Shown: positions 9,834 to 19,015 of the stretch, one piece after another
Numbering within the stretch: the stretch's first letter is position 1
How the letters are laid out: each line of letters starts with the position of its first letter
From: an uncultured Candidatus Rokubacteria bacterium
GTDB lineage: Bacteria; Methylomirabilota; Methylomirabilia; Rokubacteriales; DASRDR01
NCBI GenBank assembly: GCA_963826115.1
Contig: CAWGVS010000005.1
Span: 1,504,001 to 1,568,000 of the forward strand
DNA: 64,000 bases
Reading direction: 5' to 3'
Notes under the pieces: generated by a model
The model's database searches: none
What the model saw: the letters and a program-made list of their open reading frames with translations, nothing else
What the model was told of the DNA's origin: nothing
Made by a program: the position numbers and the translations under genes

Positions 9834-9917
9834 CAAACTCCGGGGTCAGGCCTCAGATTTCGATATCGGGGGAAGGTAGGCCCCGATTTCAAAGTTAAGG
9901 CCTGACCCCGGAGTTTG
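9834..9917. repeat. REP/MITE-like 84-bp palindrome with perfect 20-bp arms
   Basis: CAAACTCCGGGGTCAGGCCT (9834-9853) and AGGCCTGACCCCGGAGTTTG (9898-9917); inner ATCGGGG/CCCCGAT pairing; lies between convergent genes. Confidence 0.8.
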
Positions 9918-10233
9918 GGATTGGGTGGCACTGGTCGCAGGGGCACCACTCGCGGAGGCGCTGGAAGGTGAAGATCCCGGTCCCGTGACCGTCGCTCCAG
10001 TGGATCCGGATCGCGTAGCGGCCCACCAGCGCGATCTCGTCGGCCCGGATGTCCGGGCGAACGGTGCGGGGATCCAGCAGGCGCTGGCCGGTCAGCTCGT
10101 GGACGCAGCCGGCGCACGGACAGCGCTCGCGGAGCACCTTGTTCGGGAAGACGCTCCGGTGACCATCCGACCACGTGACGTGAATCTCGCGCCCCTCGAC
10201 GCGGCGGATCTCGACCGGCGACGCGTCCGGCAT
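9895..10233 (-). CDS. DUF971 (gamma-butyrobetaine hydroxylase N-terminal-like) protein
   Basis: WSDGH...LRERCPCAGC...VGRYAIRIHWSDGHGTGIF motif. Confidence 0.9.
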   Translation of the reverse strand: MPDASPVEIRRVEGREIHVTWSDGHRSVFPNKVLRERCPCAGCVHELTGQRLLDPRTVRPDIRADEIALVGRYAIRIHWSDGHGTGIFTFQRLREWCPCDQCHPIPNSGVRP

Positions 10234-10259
10234 GGTCTCCCCGAGGGGCGCCGCCCGCC

Positions 10260-12701
10260 CTACGCGCGGATCCGCGCGCCCTGCGGATCGAAGAGGACGT
10301 CGGGCGCGACCTGGGCAGCCACGCGCTCGCCGAAGACCTCGACCTCGAGGCGCGTGCCCACCGCCTGGCCGAGATCGACCGGCAGGTACACGAAGCCGAC
10401 GTTCCGGCCCACCGTGTAGCCGTAGCCGCCGCTCCGGAGCCGCCCGAGGACCTGGTCGTCCCGCCACACGGCCTCGCCGCCGTAGATCGTGACGGCGGGG
10501 TCGATGGTCACGGTCGCGAGGCGGCGCGTCGGCCCGTCGGCCTTCGCCCGCACGAGCGCGTCGCGCCCGACGAAGTCGCCCTTTCCGAGGCGGACGCAGA
10601 AGCCGAGCCCCGCCTCGTAGGGATTGTCGGACGGCGTGATGTCCGCGCTCCAGTAGCGGTAGCCCTTCTCGAGCCGGAGCGACTCGAGGGCCTTGTACCC
10701 CACCGGCGCGAGGCCGACCGGCCGCCCCGCCGCGACGAGCGCGTCCCAGACGGCGCCGGCCGCGCGGGGCTCCACGTAGAGCTCCCAGCCGAGCTCGCCG
10801 ACGTAGGTCACGCGCTGGGCCCACACCTCGGCGTCACCGACGCGGATCGTGCGCGCGCTCATGTAGGGGAACCCGGCATTGGACACGTCGTCGCTCGTCA
10901 CCGCCTCGAGGACTCGGCGGGCAGCGGGCCCCCACAGGCCGATCACCGCCAGCTCGTCGGTCACCTCACGGACGTCCACGGACCCGTCCCGCGGCATGTG
11001 CATGCGGATCCACCCGAGGTCGCCGGGCACGAAGCCCGAGCCGGTCACCACGCGGAAGCGGTCCTCGGCGAGTCGGATGACCGTGAGGTCCGCCTCGATC
11101 CCGCCGCGGGAGTTCAGGAACTGCGTGTAGACGACGCTCCCGGGCGGCTTCCCCACGTCGTTGTCCGAGAGGCGCTGGAGAAGCGCGAGCGCGCCCGGTC
11201 CCCGCACCTCGACCTTCCCGAACGAGGTCATGTCGAGGAGGCCCGCGCGCTCTCGCACCGCGCGGTGCTCCTCGCCGACCCGGTCGAAGAAGGCCGGTCG
11301 GCCCCAGCCCCATGCCCGCTGGTCCGCGCCAGCGCGGCGGCCGGGCCGGCCGGGGTCGTAGTAGTTCACGCGCTCCCAGCCGTTCTTCTCGCCGAACACG
11401 CCGCCCAGCGCGAGCCCGCGACCGTCGAGCGGCGAGCGGCGCCGGTCCCGCACCGACTGGTTCTCGTCGTGGGGGTAGCGGAGCATGTAGTAGTAGCGGT
11501 ACGACTCGCGGGCCCGCTCCGCCGCGAAGGCGCGATCCTCGTACACGGGGCCGAAGCGGCGCACGTTCATCTCGCCGACGTCGTAGGGCGGCTCCCCTTC
11601 CACGAGCCACTCGGCCACGATGTCGCCGATCGCGGCGCCGGCGCCGAAGCCCGTGTGGGAGAGCCCGGCCGCCGCCCAGAAGCCCGGCACGCCCGGCACC
11701 GGCCCGAGGAGCGGCCGGCTGTCCGGCGTGATGCCCTCGGGCCCGTTCGTGAGGTGGGCCATCTCCGCCCGCCCGAGGATCGGGACGCGGCGGATCGCGC
11801 CCTCCATGATCTCGCCGAAGAGATCCCAGTCCGACGGCAGGAGCTGCTGCGTGAAGTCCCAGGGCACGCCGTCCACCGACCAGGCCACCGGCTCCCGCTC
11901 GAAGCCGCCGATCAGGAAGCCGCCGACCTCCTCGCGGAGGTAGACCAGGTTCTCCGGGTCGCGGAGGCACGGCGTCCCGCGCGGGAGCTCGTGGCCGGGG
12001 ATCGGCTTGGTCGCGAGGTGCTGGTGGACGAGCGGCGTGATCGGGAGGCTCACCCCCGCCATCGCCGCCACCTGGCGGCCCCACATCCCCGCCGCGTTGA
12101 CCACGATCTCGGCACGGACGCGCCCCCGGTCGGTGACGACGGCCGCGACGGCGCCGTCGGGCGACCGCTCGATGCCCGTGACGCGGACCCCGGTCTCGAC
12201 GGTCACGCCGAGCGCCCGCGCGCGGCGCGCGATCTCGGTCGTGGACCCGCTCGGGTCGATCCAGCCGTCGCCCGGCAGGTACATCGCGCCGTGGAGGTCG
12301 TCGGCGGACATGAGCGGGAACAGGCGCAGCGCCTCGGCGGGCGAGATCGTGTCGACGTCGAGGCCGAGGGCCCGCGCGGTTCCCACCTGACGCCGGAGAA
12401 ACAGCCACTGGTCGCGGCTCGAGGCGACCCGGAGGCTCCCCACCTCGTGCCAGTGCTCGGGCGAGCCCGACTCCGCCTGGAGACTCCGGTAGAAGCGGAT
12501 CGAGTACTGCCGCATCCGCATGATCGTGGGCGAGGTGTGGAAGTGCGTGACCATCCCGGCGGCATGCCAGGTCGACCCGCTGGTGAGCTCGCCCTTGTCG
12601 ACGAGCAGCACGTCGGTCCAGCCCTTCCGCGCCAGGTGATACGCGATGCTGCACCCGGCGATACCGCCGCCGACGATCACGACCCGCGCCTGGTCCTTCA
12701 C
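10260..12701 (-). CDS. GcvT-family FAD-dependent oxidoreductase (dimethylglycine/sarcosine dehydrogenase-like)
   Basis: IVGGGIAG, LTSGSTWHAAG, C-terminal aminomethyltransferase domain (TYVGELGWELY, SLRLEKGY). Confidence 0.93.
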   Translation of the reverse strand: MKDQARVVIVGGGIAGCSIAYHLARKGWTDVLLVDKGELTSGSTWHAAGMVTHFHTSPTIMRMRQYSIRFYRSLQAESGSPEHWHEVGSLRVASSRDQWLFLRRQVGTARALGLDVDTISPAEALRLFPLMSADDLHGAMYLPGDGWIDPSGSTTEIARRARALGVTVETGVRVTGIERSPDGAVAAVVTDRGRVRAEIVVNAAGMWGRQVAAMAGVSLPITPLVHQHLATKPIPGHELPRGTPCLRDPENLVYLREEVGGFLIGGFEREPVAWSVDGVPWDFTQQLLPSDWDLFGEIMEGAIRRVPILGRAEMAHLTNGPEGITPDSRPLLGPVPGVPGFWAAAGLSHTGFGAGAAIGDIVAEWLVEGEPPYDVGEMNVRRFGPVYEDRAFAAERARESYRYYYMLRYPHDENQSVRDRRRSPLDGRGLALGGVFGEKNGWERVNYYDPGRPGRRAGADQRAWGWGRPAFFDRVGEEHRAVRERAGLLDMTSFGKVEVRGPGALALLQRLSDNDVGKPPGSVVYTQFLNSRGGIEADLTVIRLAEDRFRVVTGSGFVPGDLGWIRMHMPRDGSVDVREVTDELAVIGLWGPAARRVLEAVTSDDVSNAGFPYMSARTIRVGDAEVWAQRVTYVGELGWELYVEPRAAGAVWDALVAAGRPVGLAPVGYKALESLRLEKGYRYWSADITPSDNPYEAGLGFCVRLGKGDFVGRDALVRAKADGPTRRLATVTIDPAVTIYGGEAVWRDDQVLGRLRSGGYGYTVGRNVGFVYLPVDLGQAVGTRLEVEVFGERVAAQVAPDVLFDPQGARIRA

Positions 12702-12894
12702 ACGCCTCCCCGCGTCCGCGCTCCCGCGGACGACCGCCCCATTCTTCCCGTGCGGCGATGGTCCGTCAATGGAGCGCGAGCGCCTCGGACGCGCGTCACC
12801 CGGCGCAGGAGAAGGGGCGCGATCCTCGCGGCCTCGCCCCGGGGGCTCGCGGTGTCGATCGGGCTCGCCTTCCCGCCTCCGGCCGCGCGAAGCG

Positions 12895-12957
12895 TCAGGG
12901 TCTTCGATCCTCGTTGCGAGCGGGGATTACGAACGAGACCCTCGTGGCGGCTGCCAT
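12895..12957 (-). pseudogene. 20-codon remnant of a GT2 glycosyltransferase
   Basis: MAAATRVSFVIPARNEDRRP* matches the GT2 first strand (SxVIPxxNE); AGGAGG upstream. Confidence 0.55.
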
Positions 12958-13039
12958 AGCGCGTCCGTGACCTCCTGTCCGGGGGGCATGATAGCCTGTC
13001 GCCGCGGCGAGACGGCTGATTCGGCCCTGGCCGCCAACG

Positions 13040-13312
13040 ATGGGTCCGCCACGCGTCACCGTGCTGATGCCTGTGTGGAACGGCGGGGCGCACCTACCCG
13101 CCGCGATCCGCAGCGTCCTCGGCCAGACACTCGTCGATCGCGAGCTGCTCGTCGTCGACGACGGATCGACCGACGATAGCGTCGCGGTGGCTCGCGCCTC
13201 GCACCGCGCGAGCCTCGAGCGGGTGGCCTGCTGCGAGCTGCTCGTCGCCATGCGCCTCGTGGACCGGGAGGAGCTGGCCCGGCTCGAGGCGTGGCTCGCC
13301 CAGGTGGCATGA
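13040..13312 (+). pseudogene. Truncated/internally deleted GT2 glycosyltransferase
   Basis: VTVLMPVWNG...SVLGQT...LLVVDDGSTD, then ends at 90 aa without the DxD region. Confidence 0.7.
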
Positions 13313-14121
13313 CGGCGCGCGGCGGCTGCCCGGGCGCGACGCTCCGCGGCCGGTGGGCCGTGATGGCCCTGCTCCTCGTTGCGACCGCCGCGGGGCCCGC
13401 GGGGCCGGCGCCCCCGGGGGCGGCGACGCCAGCCCGTCAGGCGGTATGGGAGGTCGTCAACAGCGGCCCGCACGACCCTGACGCCTTCGTCCAGGGGCTC
13501 GTGTGGCACGACGGTGGGTTCTTCGAGAGCACGGGCCTCGTCGGCCGGTCCACGCTCCGCCGGGTCGAATGGCCGAGCGGCCGGGCCGTGCGGCGCATCG
13601 ACCTGCCGCGGGACGTGTTCGGCGAAGGCCTGGCCCGGGTCGGCGACCGCCTCGTCCAGCTCACGTGGCGGTCGGAGCGCGGCTTCGTCTACGACCTCGC
13701 GAGCTTCCGGCTGCTCCGCGAGTTCCGCTACTCGGGAGAAGGCTGGGGGCTCGCCTTCGACGGCACCAGTCTCATCCTGAGCGACGGCAGCGACGTGCTC
13801 ACCTACCTCGATCCCAGCCAGTTCGCGCCGACGCGGAGGCTCTCGGTCACCTGGAACGGCCAGCCCGTTCCCCGCCTCAACGAGCTCGAGTTCGTGGACG
13901 GAGAGATCTGGGCGAACGTCTGGTACACGGACGTCATCGTCCGGATCGACCCGGCGTCGGGTCGGGTCTCGTCGTTCCTCGACCTCACGGGGCTGGCGCC
14001 GGACGCCGTCCGCTCCAAGGACGGCGCGGTTCTCAACGGAATCGCCTACGACCCGACGACCCGGCGCGTCTTCGTCACGGGCAAGCTCTGGCCCCGCATC
14101 TTCGAGCTCCGCGTCCGCTAG
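13309..14121 (+). CDS. Glutaminyl-peptide cyclotransferase (type I, beta-propeller), exported
   Basis: HDPDAFVQGL, FGEGL, EGWGL, LNELE, VLNGIAYD, VTGKLWP; ATGA overlap with the upstream ORF. Confidence 0.92.
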   Translation: MTARGGCPGATLRGRWAVMALLLVATAAGPAGPAPPGAATPARQAVWEVVNSGPHDPDAFVQGLVWHDGGFFESTGLVGRSTLRRVEWPSGRAVRRIDLPRDVFGEGLARVGDRLVQLTWRSERGFVYDLASFRLLREFRYSGEGWGLAFDGTSLILSDGSDVLTYLDPSQFAPTRRLSVTWNGQPVPRLNELEFVDGEIWANVWYTDVIVRIDPASGRVSSFLDLTGLAPDAVRSKDGAVLNGIAYDPTTRRVFVTGKLWPRIFELRVR

Positions 14122-14171
14122 CCGGCCCGGGACGCCACCGTCGGGCCGGTGCTACAATTCGGGCCCGCGGC

Positions 14172-14744
14172 ATGCGTCCCGTCGAACCCACGCACCAGCT
14201 CGGCCGCCCCCCGGAGCCGGAGGGCAGGCCGGTGCGCTTCCACCCGATCGGCCGCGACATGTGGGACGTGGAGAATCCACTGCCGCGCGCGTATCTCCCG
14301 GCGGAGGTCCGCGTCATGCCGACCCGGCTTCACCTGCGCTCGACCCTCCAGCGTCTCTGGCCGACCGACGCGGTCCTGGTCGAGACGCCGACGCGCTGCC
14401 CGAGCCGGAGCGCTGCCCCGGCGCCCGGCGCGGTCCGCTTCGAGGCCGACGAGCCGGAGCGCGTCCGGCTGCGCGTGCGGGCCGACGAGGCCGGCCCGCT
14501 GGTCCCGAGCGACATGTACTATCGAGGCTGGACCGCGACGGTGGACGCACGCCGCGCGCGCGTCCTCCCGGCGAATCTGATCTTCCGGATGGTCTGCGTG
14601 CCCGCCGGCGACCACGTGGTCGAGTTCACGTTCCGTCAACCGAAGTTTCGTCTCGGGCTCGGCATCACGATCGCCACGGCGATCGGGGCCCTGCTCATCG
14701 TGCTGGGGCCCGGCGCGCGGACCCGGATCCGCCGCCCGCGCTGA
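14172..14744 (+). pseudogene. C-terminal fragment of a YfhO-family membrane protein
   Basis: LPRAY...SDMYYRGWTATVD...AN.IFR.V.VPAG.H.VEF.F plus a terminal TM helix; the large N-terminal GT-C part is absent. Confidence 0.65.
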
Positions 14745-14770
14745 CCTGGCCCACGGGAGGCTCCGACCCA

Positions 14771-15688
14771 ATGGATCCGAAGACGATTGCCGGGATCTGG
14801 CCCATCCTCTACGCCTTCTTCGACGCCGCGGGGCGGATCGACCGCGCGGCCATGCGGCGGCAGCTCGACGGCTGCGTGGCCGGCCAGGCCCACGGCGTTG
14901 CGGTGATGGGCCTGGCCACGGAGGTGGGCAAGCTCGACATCCGCGAGCGGCGACAGCTCCTCGAGTGGGTCGCCGAGGACCTGGGCGGGCGGAAGCCGCT
15001 GGTCGTCACGATCGCCGAGCCGAGCGTCGAGGGCCAGGCGGAGATGGCACGCGCGGCGGAACGCCTGGGCGCGGGCTGGGTGATCCTCCAGCCGCCGCCG
15101 GTGGCCGGCCTGCCGGAGATCGAGTACGTGCGGTTCTTCGGCGCCGTCGCCGACCGCGTGTCGGTACCGGTCGCGGTCCAGAACGCCCCCGGCTACCTCG
15201 GGGTCAGTCTCTCGAACGCGGGGCTCCGCGAGCTGTCGCGACAGCACCCGAACGTGTGCCTCCTGAAGGGCGAGGGTCCGGCGGTGGTGATCCGCCGTCT
15301 CATCGAGGACACGCAGGGCGCCTTCCGAGTCCTGAACGGCCGCGGCGGCCTCGAGCTGCCCGATAACCTCCGCGCGGGCTGCGTCGGAATGATCCCGGCG
15401 CCGGAGTGCTTCGACGTCCAGGTCCGTATCTACGAGCTGATGCGCACCGGGCGGCCGGAGGACGAGGCGGAGGCGGAGCGGCTCTACCGCGGCATCCTGC
15501 CGCTCCTCGTCTTCCTGATGCAGTCGCTCGAGAACTTCCTCTGCTACGGGAAGCGCCTCACCGCGCGCCGGCTCGGGCTCGGCGAGGTGCACGACCGTCC
15601 GCCATCGCTGCCGCCGACGCCGTTCGGACGCGAGACGACGGAGCGGTACTCGGCGGGCCTCGGCCCCTACGGCGCGGCGGTCGCCTGA
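14771..15688 (+). CDS. Dihydrodipicolinate synthase family aldolase/deaminase
   Basis: IAGIWPIL, GLATE in place of GTTGE, Schiff-base Lys in LLKGEG. Confidence 0.88.
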   Translation: MDPKTIAGIWPILYAFFDAAGRIDRAAMRRQLDGCVAGQAHGVAVMGLATEVGKLDIRERRQLLEWVAEDLGGRKPLVVTIAEPSVEGQAEMARAAERLGAGWVILQPPPVAGLPEIEYVRFFGAVADRVSVPVAVQNAPGYLGVSLSNAGLRELSRQHPNVCLLKGEGPAVVIRRLIEDTQGAFRVLNGRGGLELPDNLRAGCVGMIPAPECFDVQVRIYELMRTGRPEDEAEAERLYRGILPLLVFLMQSLENFLCYGKRLTARRLGLGEVHDRPPSLPPTPFGRETTERYSAGLGPYGAAVA

Positions 15689-15698
15689 ACGGCAGGGG

Positions 15699-16733
15699 TC
15701 AGATCGCCCGGAGCCAGGTGTCGGAGAGCGTGTAGCCCTCCGGAAAGGGATCCTCGGGATCGCAGCCGTACTGGCCGATGTCGGTCACCCACCCGCGCCC
15801 GGCGACGGTGGTGACCACGGCGGGCTTCCTCCCGACCCGCGTCGTGCCGACGATCTCCGCCAGGAAGTGGCTGCCGATGACGGACTCGTGGTCGAAGAGC
15901 TGCCCGGCGCGGATCTGCCGCCGGGCGTGCATCACGGCGAGCCGCGCGGACGTGCCCGTCCCGCACGGCGAGCGGTCGAGCCGACCCGGCGCGACCACGA
16001 CCGTGTTCCGGGCGGTCAGCCCGCGCCCCTTCTTGCGGAGCGGTCCCCTGAACTCCGTGATCGTCACGTCCCGGATCTTCGAGTTCTCGGGGTGCACGAC
16101 ACGGAGCTGCGCCTTCGCCGCCTCCCGGATCTTCTCGCCCACCGTGCAGATGTCCCGGGCCTCGTCCCGCGTGATCCCGAATCCGAGCTGCGCCGCATCC
16201 ACGAGCGCGTAGTGCATGCCGCCGTAGGCGACGTCGAGCGTCACGGTCCCGACCCCGGGAACCTCCACCTTCGCGTCGAGGTGCTGGACGAAGGCGGGGA
16301 CGTTGCGAAACTTCACCTGGAGGACCCGACCGCCCTCGCACCGGCAGGTCACCTCGATCAGCCCGGCCGGTGCCTCGAGCGTGAGCCGCGTCTCCGGCTC
16401 CCGCATCGGGAGGATGCCCGTCTCCAGGATCGCCGTGACCGTGCAGATCGTGTTGGAGCCCGACATCGGCGGGTATTCCGTCGACTCCATGATCACATAG
16501 CCGAGCGCGGCCTTCGGGTTCCTCGATGGCAGGACGACGTTGGCGCTGTGGACGGCGGCGCCGCGGGGCTCGTAGAGGAGAAACTTCCGGAGACCATCCT
16601 CACGCGTGCGAAGCCACTGCATCTTGTCGAACATCGTGCGGCCCGGGATGTCGACGACGCCGCCCGTGACGACCTTCGCGTACTCCCCCTCGGCGTGCAC
16701 TCCAACCACGGTCAGCGTCCGCTTCCAGCGCAT
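15699..16733 (-). CDS. Proline racemase family protein (Ser/Cys catalytic pair)
   Basis: HAEGE, EPRG, PMSGSNTIC, DVAYGG, DRSPCGTGTS. Confidence 0.92.
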   Translation of the reverse strand: MRWKRTLTVVGVHAEGEYAKVVTGGVVDIPGRTMFDKMQWLRTREDGLRKFLLYEPRGAAVHSANVVLPSRNPKAALGYVIMESTEYPPMSGSNTICTVTAILETGILPMREPETRLTLEAPAGLIEVTCRCEGGRVLQVKFRNVPAFVQHLDAKVEVPGVGTVTLDVAYGGMHYALVDAAQLGFGITRDEARDICTVGEKIREAAKAQLRVVHPENSKIRDVTITEFRGPLRKKGRGLTARNTVVVAPGRLDRSPCGTGTSARLAVMHARRQIRAGQLFDHESVIGSHFLAEIVGTTRVGRKPAVVTTVAGRGWVTDIGQYGCDPEDPFPEGYTLSDTWLRAI

Positions 16734-16846
16734 GGACCCTCCTGGCGCGTGTGCGCGGGCTCCGGTCTACCAGAAGCGCGGGCCCCACTCAACCCCCTCG
16801 CCCCCGGCTTGTCGGGGGCACCCGCGGGCTCATAAGATGCGGCGTA

Positions 16847-18997
16847 ATGGCGACGGCGAGCCTCCTCCTGCTCGCGCTGCTCCTGGCCCTGCCGTCGGCG
16901 AACTACCAGGTCTTCGACGGGCTGCCGCTCTCCTCGGGTCCCGAGTTTCTCGTCCTCGTTCTCCTGGTGCCCCTGGTCGTCGGCCGCGGGCTCCGCCGTC
17001 TCCACCGGCGGTGGCTCGCGTCCTGGCCGAGCGCCGCGAGGGGCGCGCTCGTGGCGCTCGGCGCGTTCGCCGTCGGGGTGAAGCTCGTGCTCCTGGCGAC
17101 CGGCAGCCACGAGGGGTTCCTCGCGTGCTACGGCTCGCCGCTCGAGCCGCCGCGGGTCGGCCCCTGCGAGCGGTCGTTCGAGCACCCGTTCTCCCGCTTC
17201 GCCGTCACGCGCCTCGACCGGACCATCGACTTCGGGGAGAACGACTGGGACCTGGGGTTCCTGAACTCCGTGCGCTTCGACCGTCACTACGCGGGGCTGG
17301 CCGGACGGCTCCGCAACCGGATGCCCATCGAGGCGTCCTGGCAGGGCACCGTCGAGCGTGCCGAGCCCTGGGTCGCGCGGATCACCTACGCGGGCGAGGC
17401 GGCCGTCACCGTCGATCCCGACGGACCGCCGGCGAGCCGCGCCTCGACGGCGCTCGCCCCGCGGTACGCCGCGCCGGCCGTGACCTACGTGCCGGTCCCC
17501 GCCGGACGTCACGCCGTCCGGATCGACTACCGCTTCGACGACGGCTCCACGTTCGGCGGCCCTCCCCCGGACGGGCCGTGGGCAACGCTCCGGATCGAGC
17601 GCGGGCGCGGCGCCGGCGGGCGGGCTCCCGGCGCTCCCGTCACCGCGGTCCGGCCGGCATGGGCCTGGCGGGGGGCCGCCGCCGCAGGCGACGCCGCGAT
17701 CTCTGTTCTCGCGCTCGTCCTCCTGCTCTTCCACGCGGGCCTCGTCTGGCGGGATGCGTGGCTCCTGGCACTGGTGGCCGGCGCCACGCCGCTGGTCGAT
17801 CGGCTCGATCCGGCGCGGATCGGCCTGCCGAGCGGCCTCGGGCTCTGCGTCCTGCTGGGGCTGGTCGCCGTCCCGCTGCTCGGGCGTCGCTGGCGTCGAC
17901 GTCTCACAGGTGCCTTCTTCGCGATGGTCTACGTCGCGTGGTTCACCACTCTTCACACGTTCCGGCGGCTCGACGTCGTCACCCTCCGCGAGTGGGCGGG
18001 CGACCCCCTCTTCTACGAGTCCCAGGCGCGCTCGATCCTGGACTCGTGGTCGCTCGAGGGCGGCGAGCCCGTCTTCATCTATCAGCCCCTGTACCGGTAC
18101 ATCCGCTTCGCGCAGCGGCTGCTCCTCGGCGAGGGCGACGGGCTGGTCAGCATGCTGGCGCTCGCGGCGCTCTGGTGGGCCCTGTGCTGGGCGTTCGCGC
18201 GCCTGTGGGCCCGCCCCCGGCCGGGCTGGCCCCGGACGATCCTGTTCGGGAGCGCCGCCCTGCTCTTACTCGCGCTTGCCAGCACGTCGCCCGTCGTGTT
18301 CTTCATCCAGGTCAGCCTGTCGGAATATCCGACGTGGATCTTCCTGGCGCTGCTCCTTCCGATGCTGTTCGCCGGCCAATCGCCAACCCAGTGGCGGAGC
18401 GGCGTGGTGCTGGCAAGCCTCTCAATCCTGACCCGGTCGAACCAGGCTCCGGGCGTGCTCGCGCTGCTCGGCGCCTTCGTGTGGCGCACGTGGAAACTGC
18501 GATCGCGCGTCGCACTGGGCGCGCTGGTACTGGCCGCGCTTCTCCTCGCGCTCCCCGCCCTGCACAACCGGTACTACGGCGGCCAGCTGGCCATGACCGG
18601 CAAGAGCCAGCCGCACCTCCTGAGGCTCCCACCCCAACAGTGGCCTCGGATCCTCGGCGACCCAGCCGTGCGCAGAGAGGCCCTCAACCAGATCGACCAC
18701 CTCTTCTACCTGAACCCGGTCGACGACCCGCCGCCCCGCGGCGACGAGCTGTCCCGGAGCGCGATGCGGGGGCTTCAGGTGCTCTGGCTGGTGACCTGCG
18801 TCTTGGCGGTCCGGCGGCGGGGCTTCGCGCCAGGCGCGAAACTCTTGCTCTACGGTCTTCCGCTCGCGTACCTCGGCGTCCACTTCATGTTCGTCGTGGA
18901 CGACTACTACCCCCGCCACGTCATCGTGGGCCACCTGGCGATGGGGCTCGTCACCCTGAACGCCGTCGGGCGCAACTGGCCCCCGAACGATCCGTGA
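16847..18997 (+). CDS. Large polytopic membrane protein, possible GT-C-like, with an extracytoplasmic domain
   Basis: Many TM helices; soluble insert with a Cys pair; GDPLFYESQAR and SLSEYP segments resemble GT-C loops; TAAGAT-N8-ATG. Confidence 0.7.
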   Translation: MATASLLLLALLLALPSANYQVFDGLPLSSGPEFLVLVLLVPLVVGRGLRRLHRRWLASWPSAARGALVALGAFAVGVKLVLLATGSHEGFLACYGSPLEPPRVGPCERSFEHPFSRFAVTRLDRTIDFGENDWDLGFLNSVRFDRHYAGLAGRLRNRMPIEASWQGTVERAEPWVARITYAGEAAVTVDPDGPPASRASTALAPRYAAPAVTYVPVPAGRHAVRIDYRFDDGSTFGGPPPDGPWATLRIERGRGAGGRAPGAPVTAVRPAWAWRGAAAAGDAAISVLALVLLLFHAGLVWRDAWLLALVAGATPLVDRLDPARIGLPSGLGLCVLLGLVAVPLLGRRWRRRLTGAFFAMVYVAWFTTLHTFRRLDVVTLREWAGDPLFYESQARSILDSWSLEGGEPVFIYQPLYRYIRFAQRLLLGEGDGLVSMLALAALWWALCWAFARLWARPRPGWPRTILFGSAALLLLALASTSPVVFFIQVSLSEYPTWIFLALLLPMLFAGQSPTQWRSGVVLASLSILTRSNQAPGVLALLGAFVWRTWKLRSRVALGALVLAALLLALPALHNRYYGGQLAMTGKSQPHLLRLPPQQWPRILGDPAVRREALNQIDHLFYLNPVDDPPPRGDELSRSAMRGLQVLWLVTCVLAVRRRGFAPGAKLLLYGLPLAYLGVHFMFVVDDYYPRHVIVGHLAMGLVTLNAVGRNWPPNDP

Positions 18998-19015
18998 CGG
19001 GCGCTCGACGGGCGG

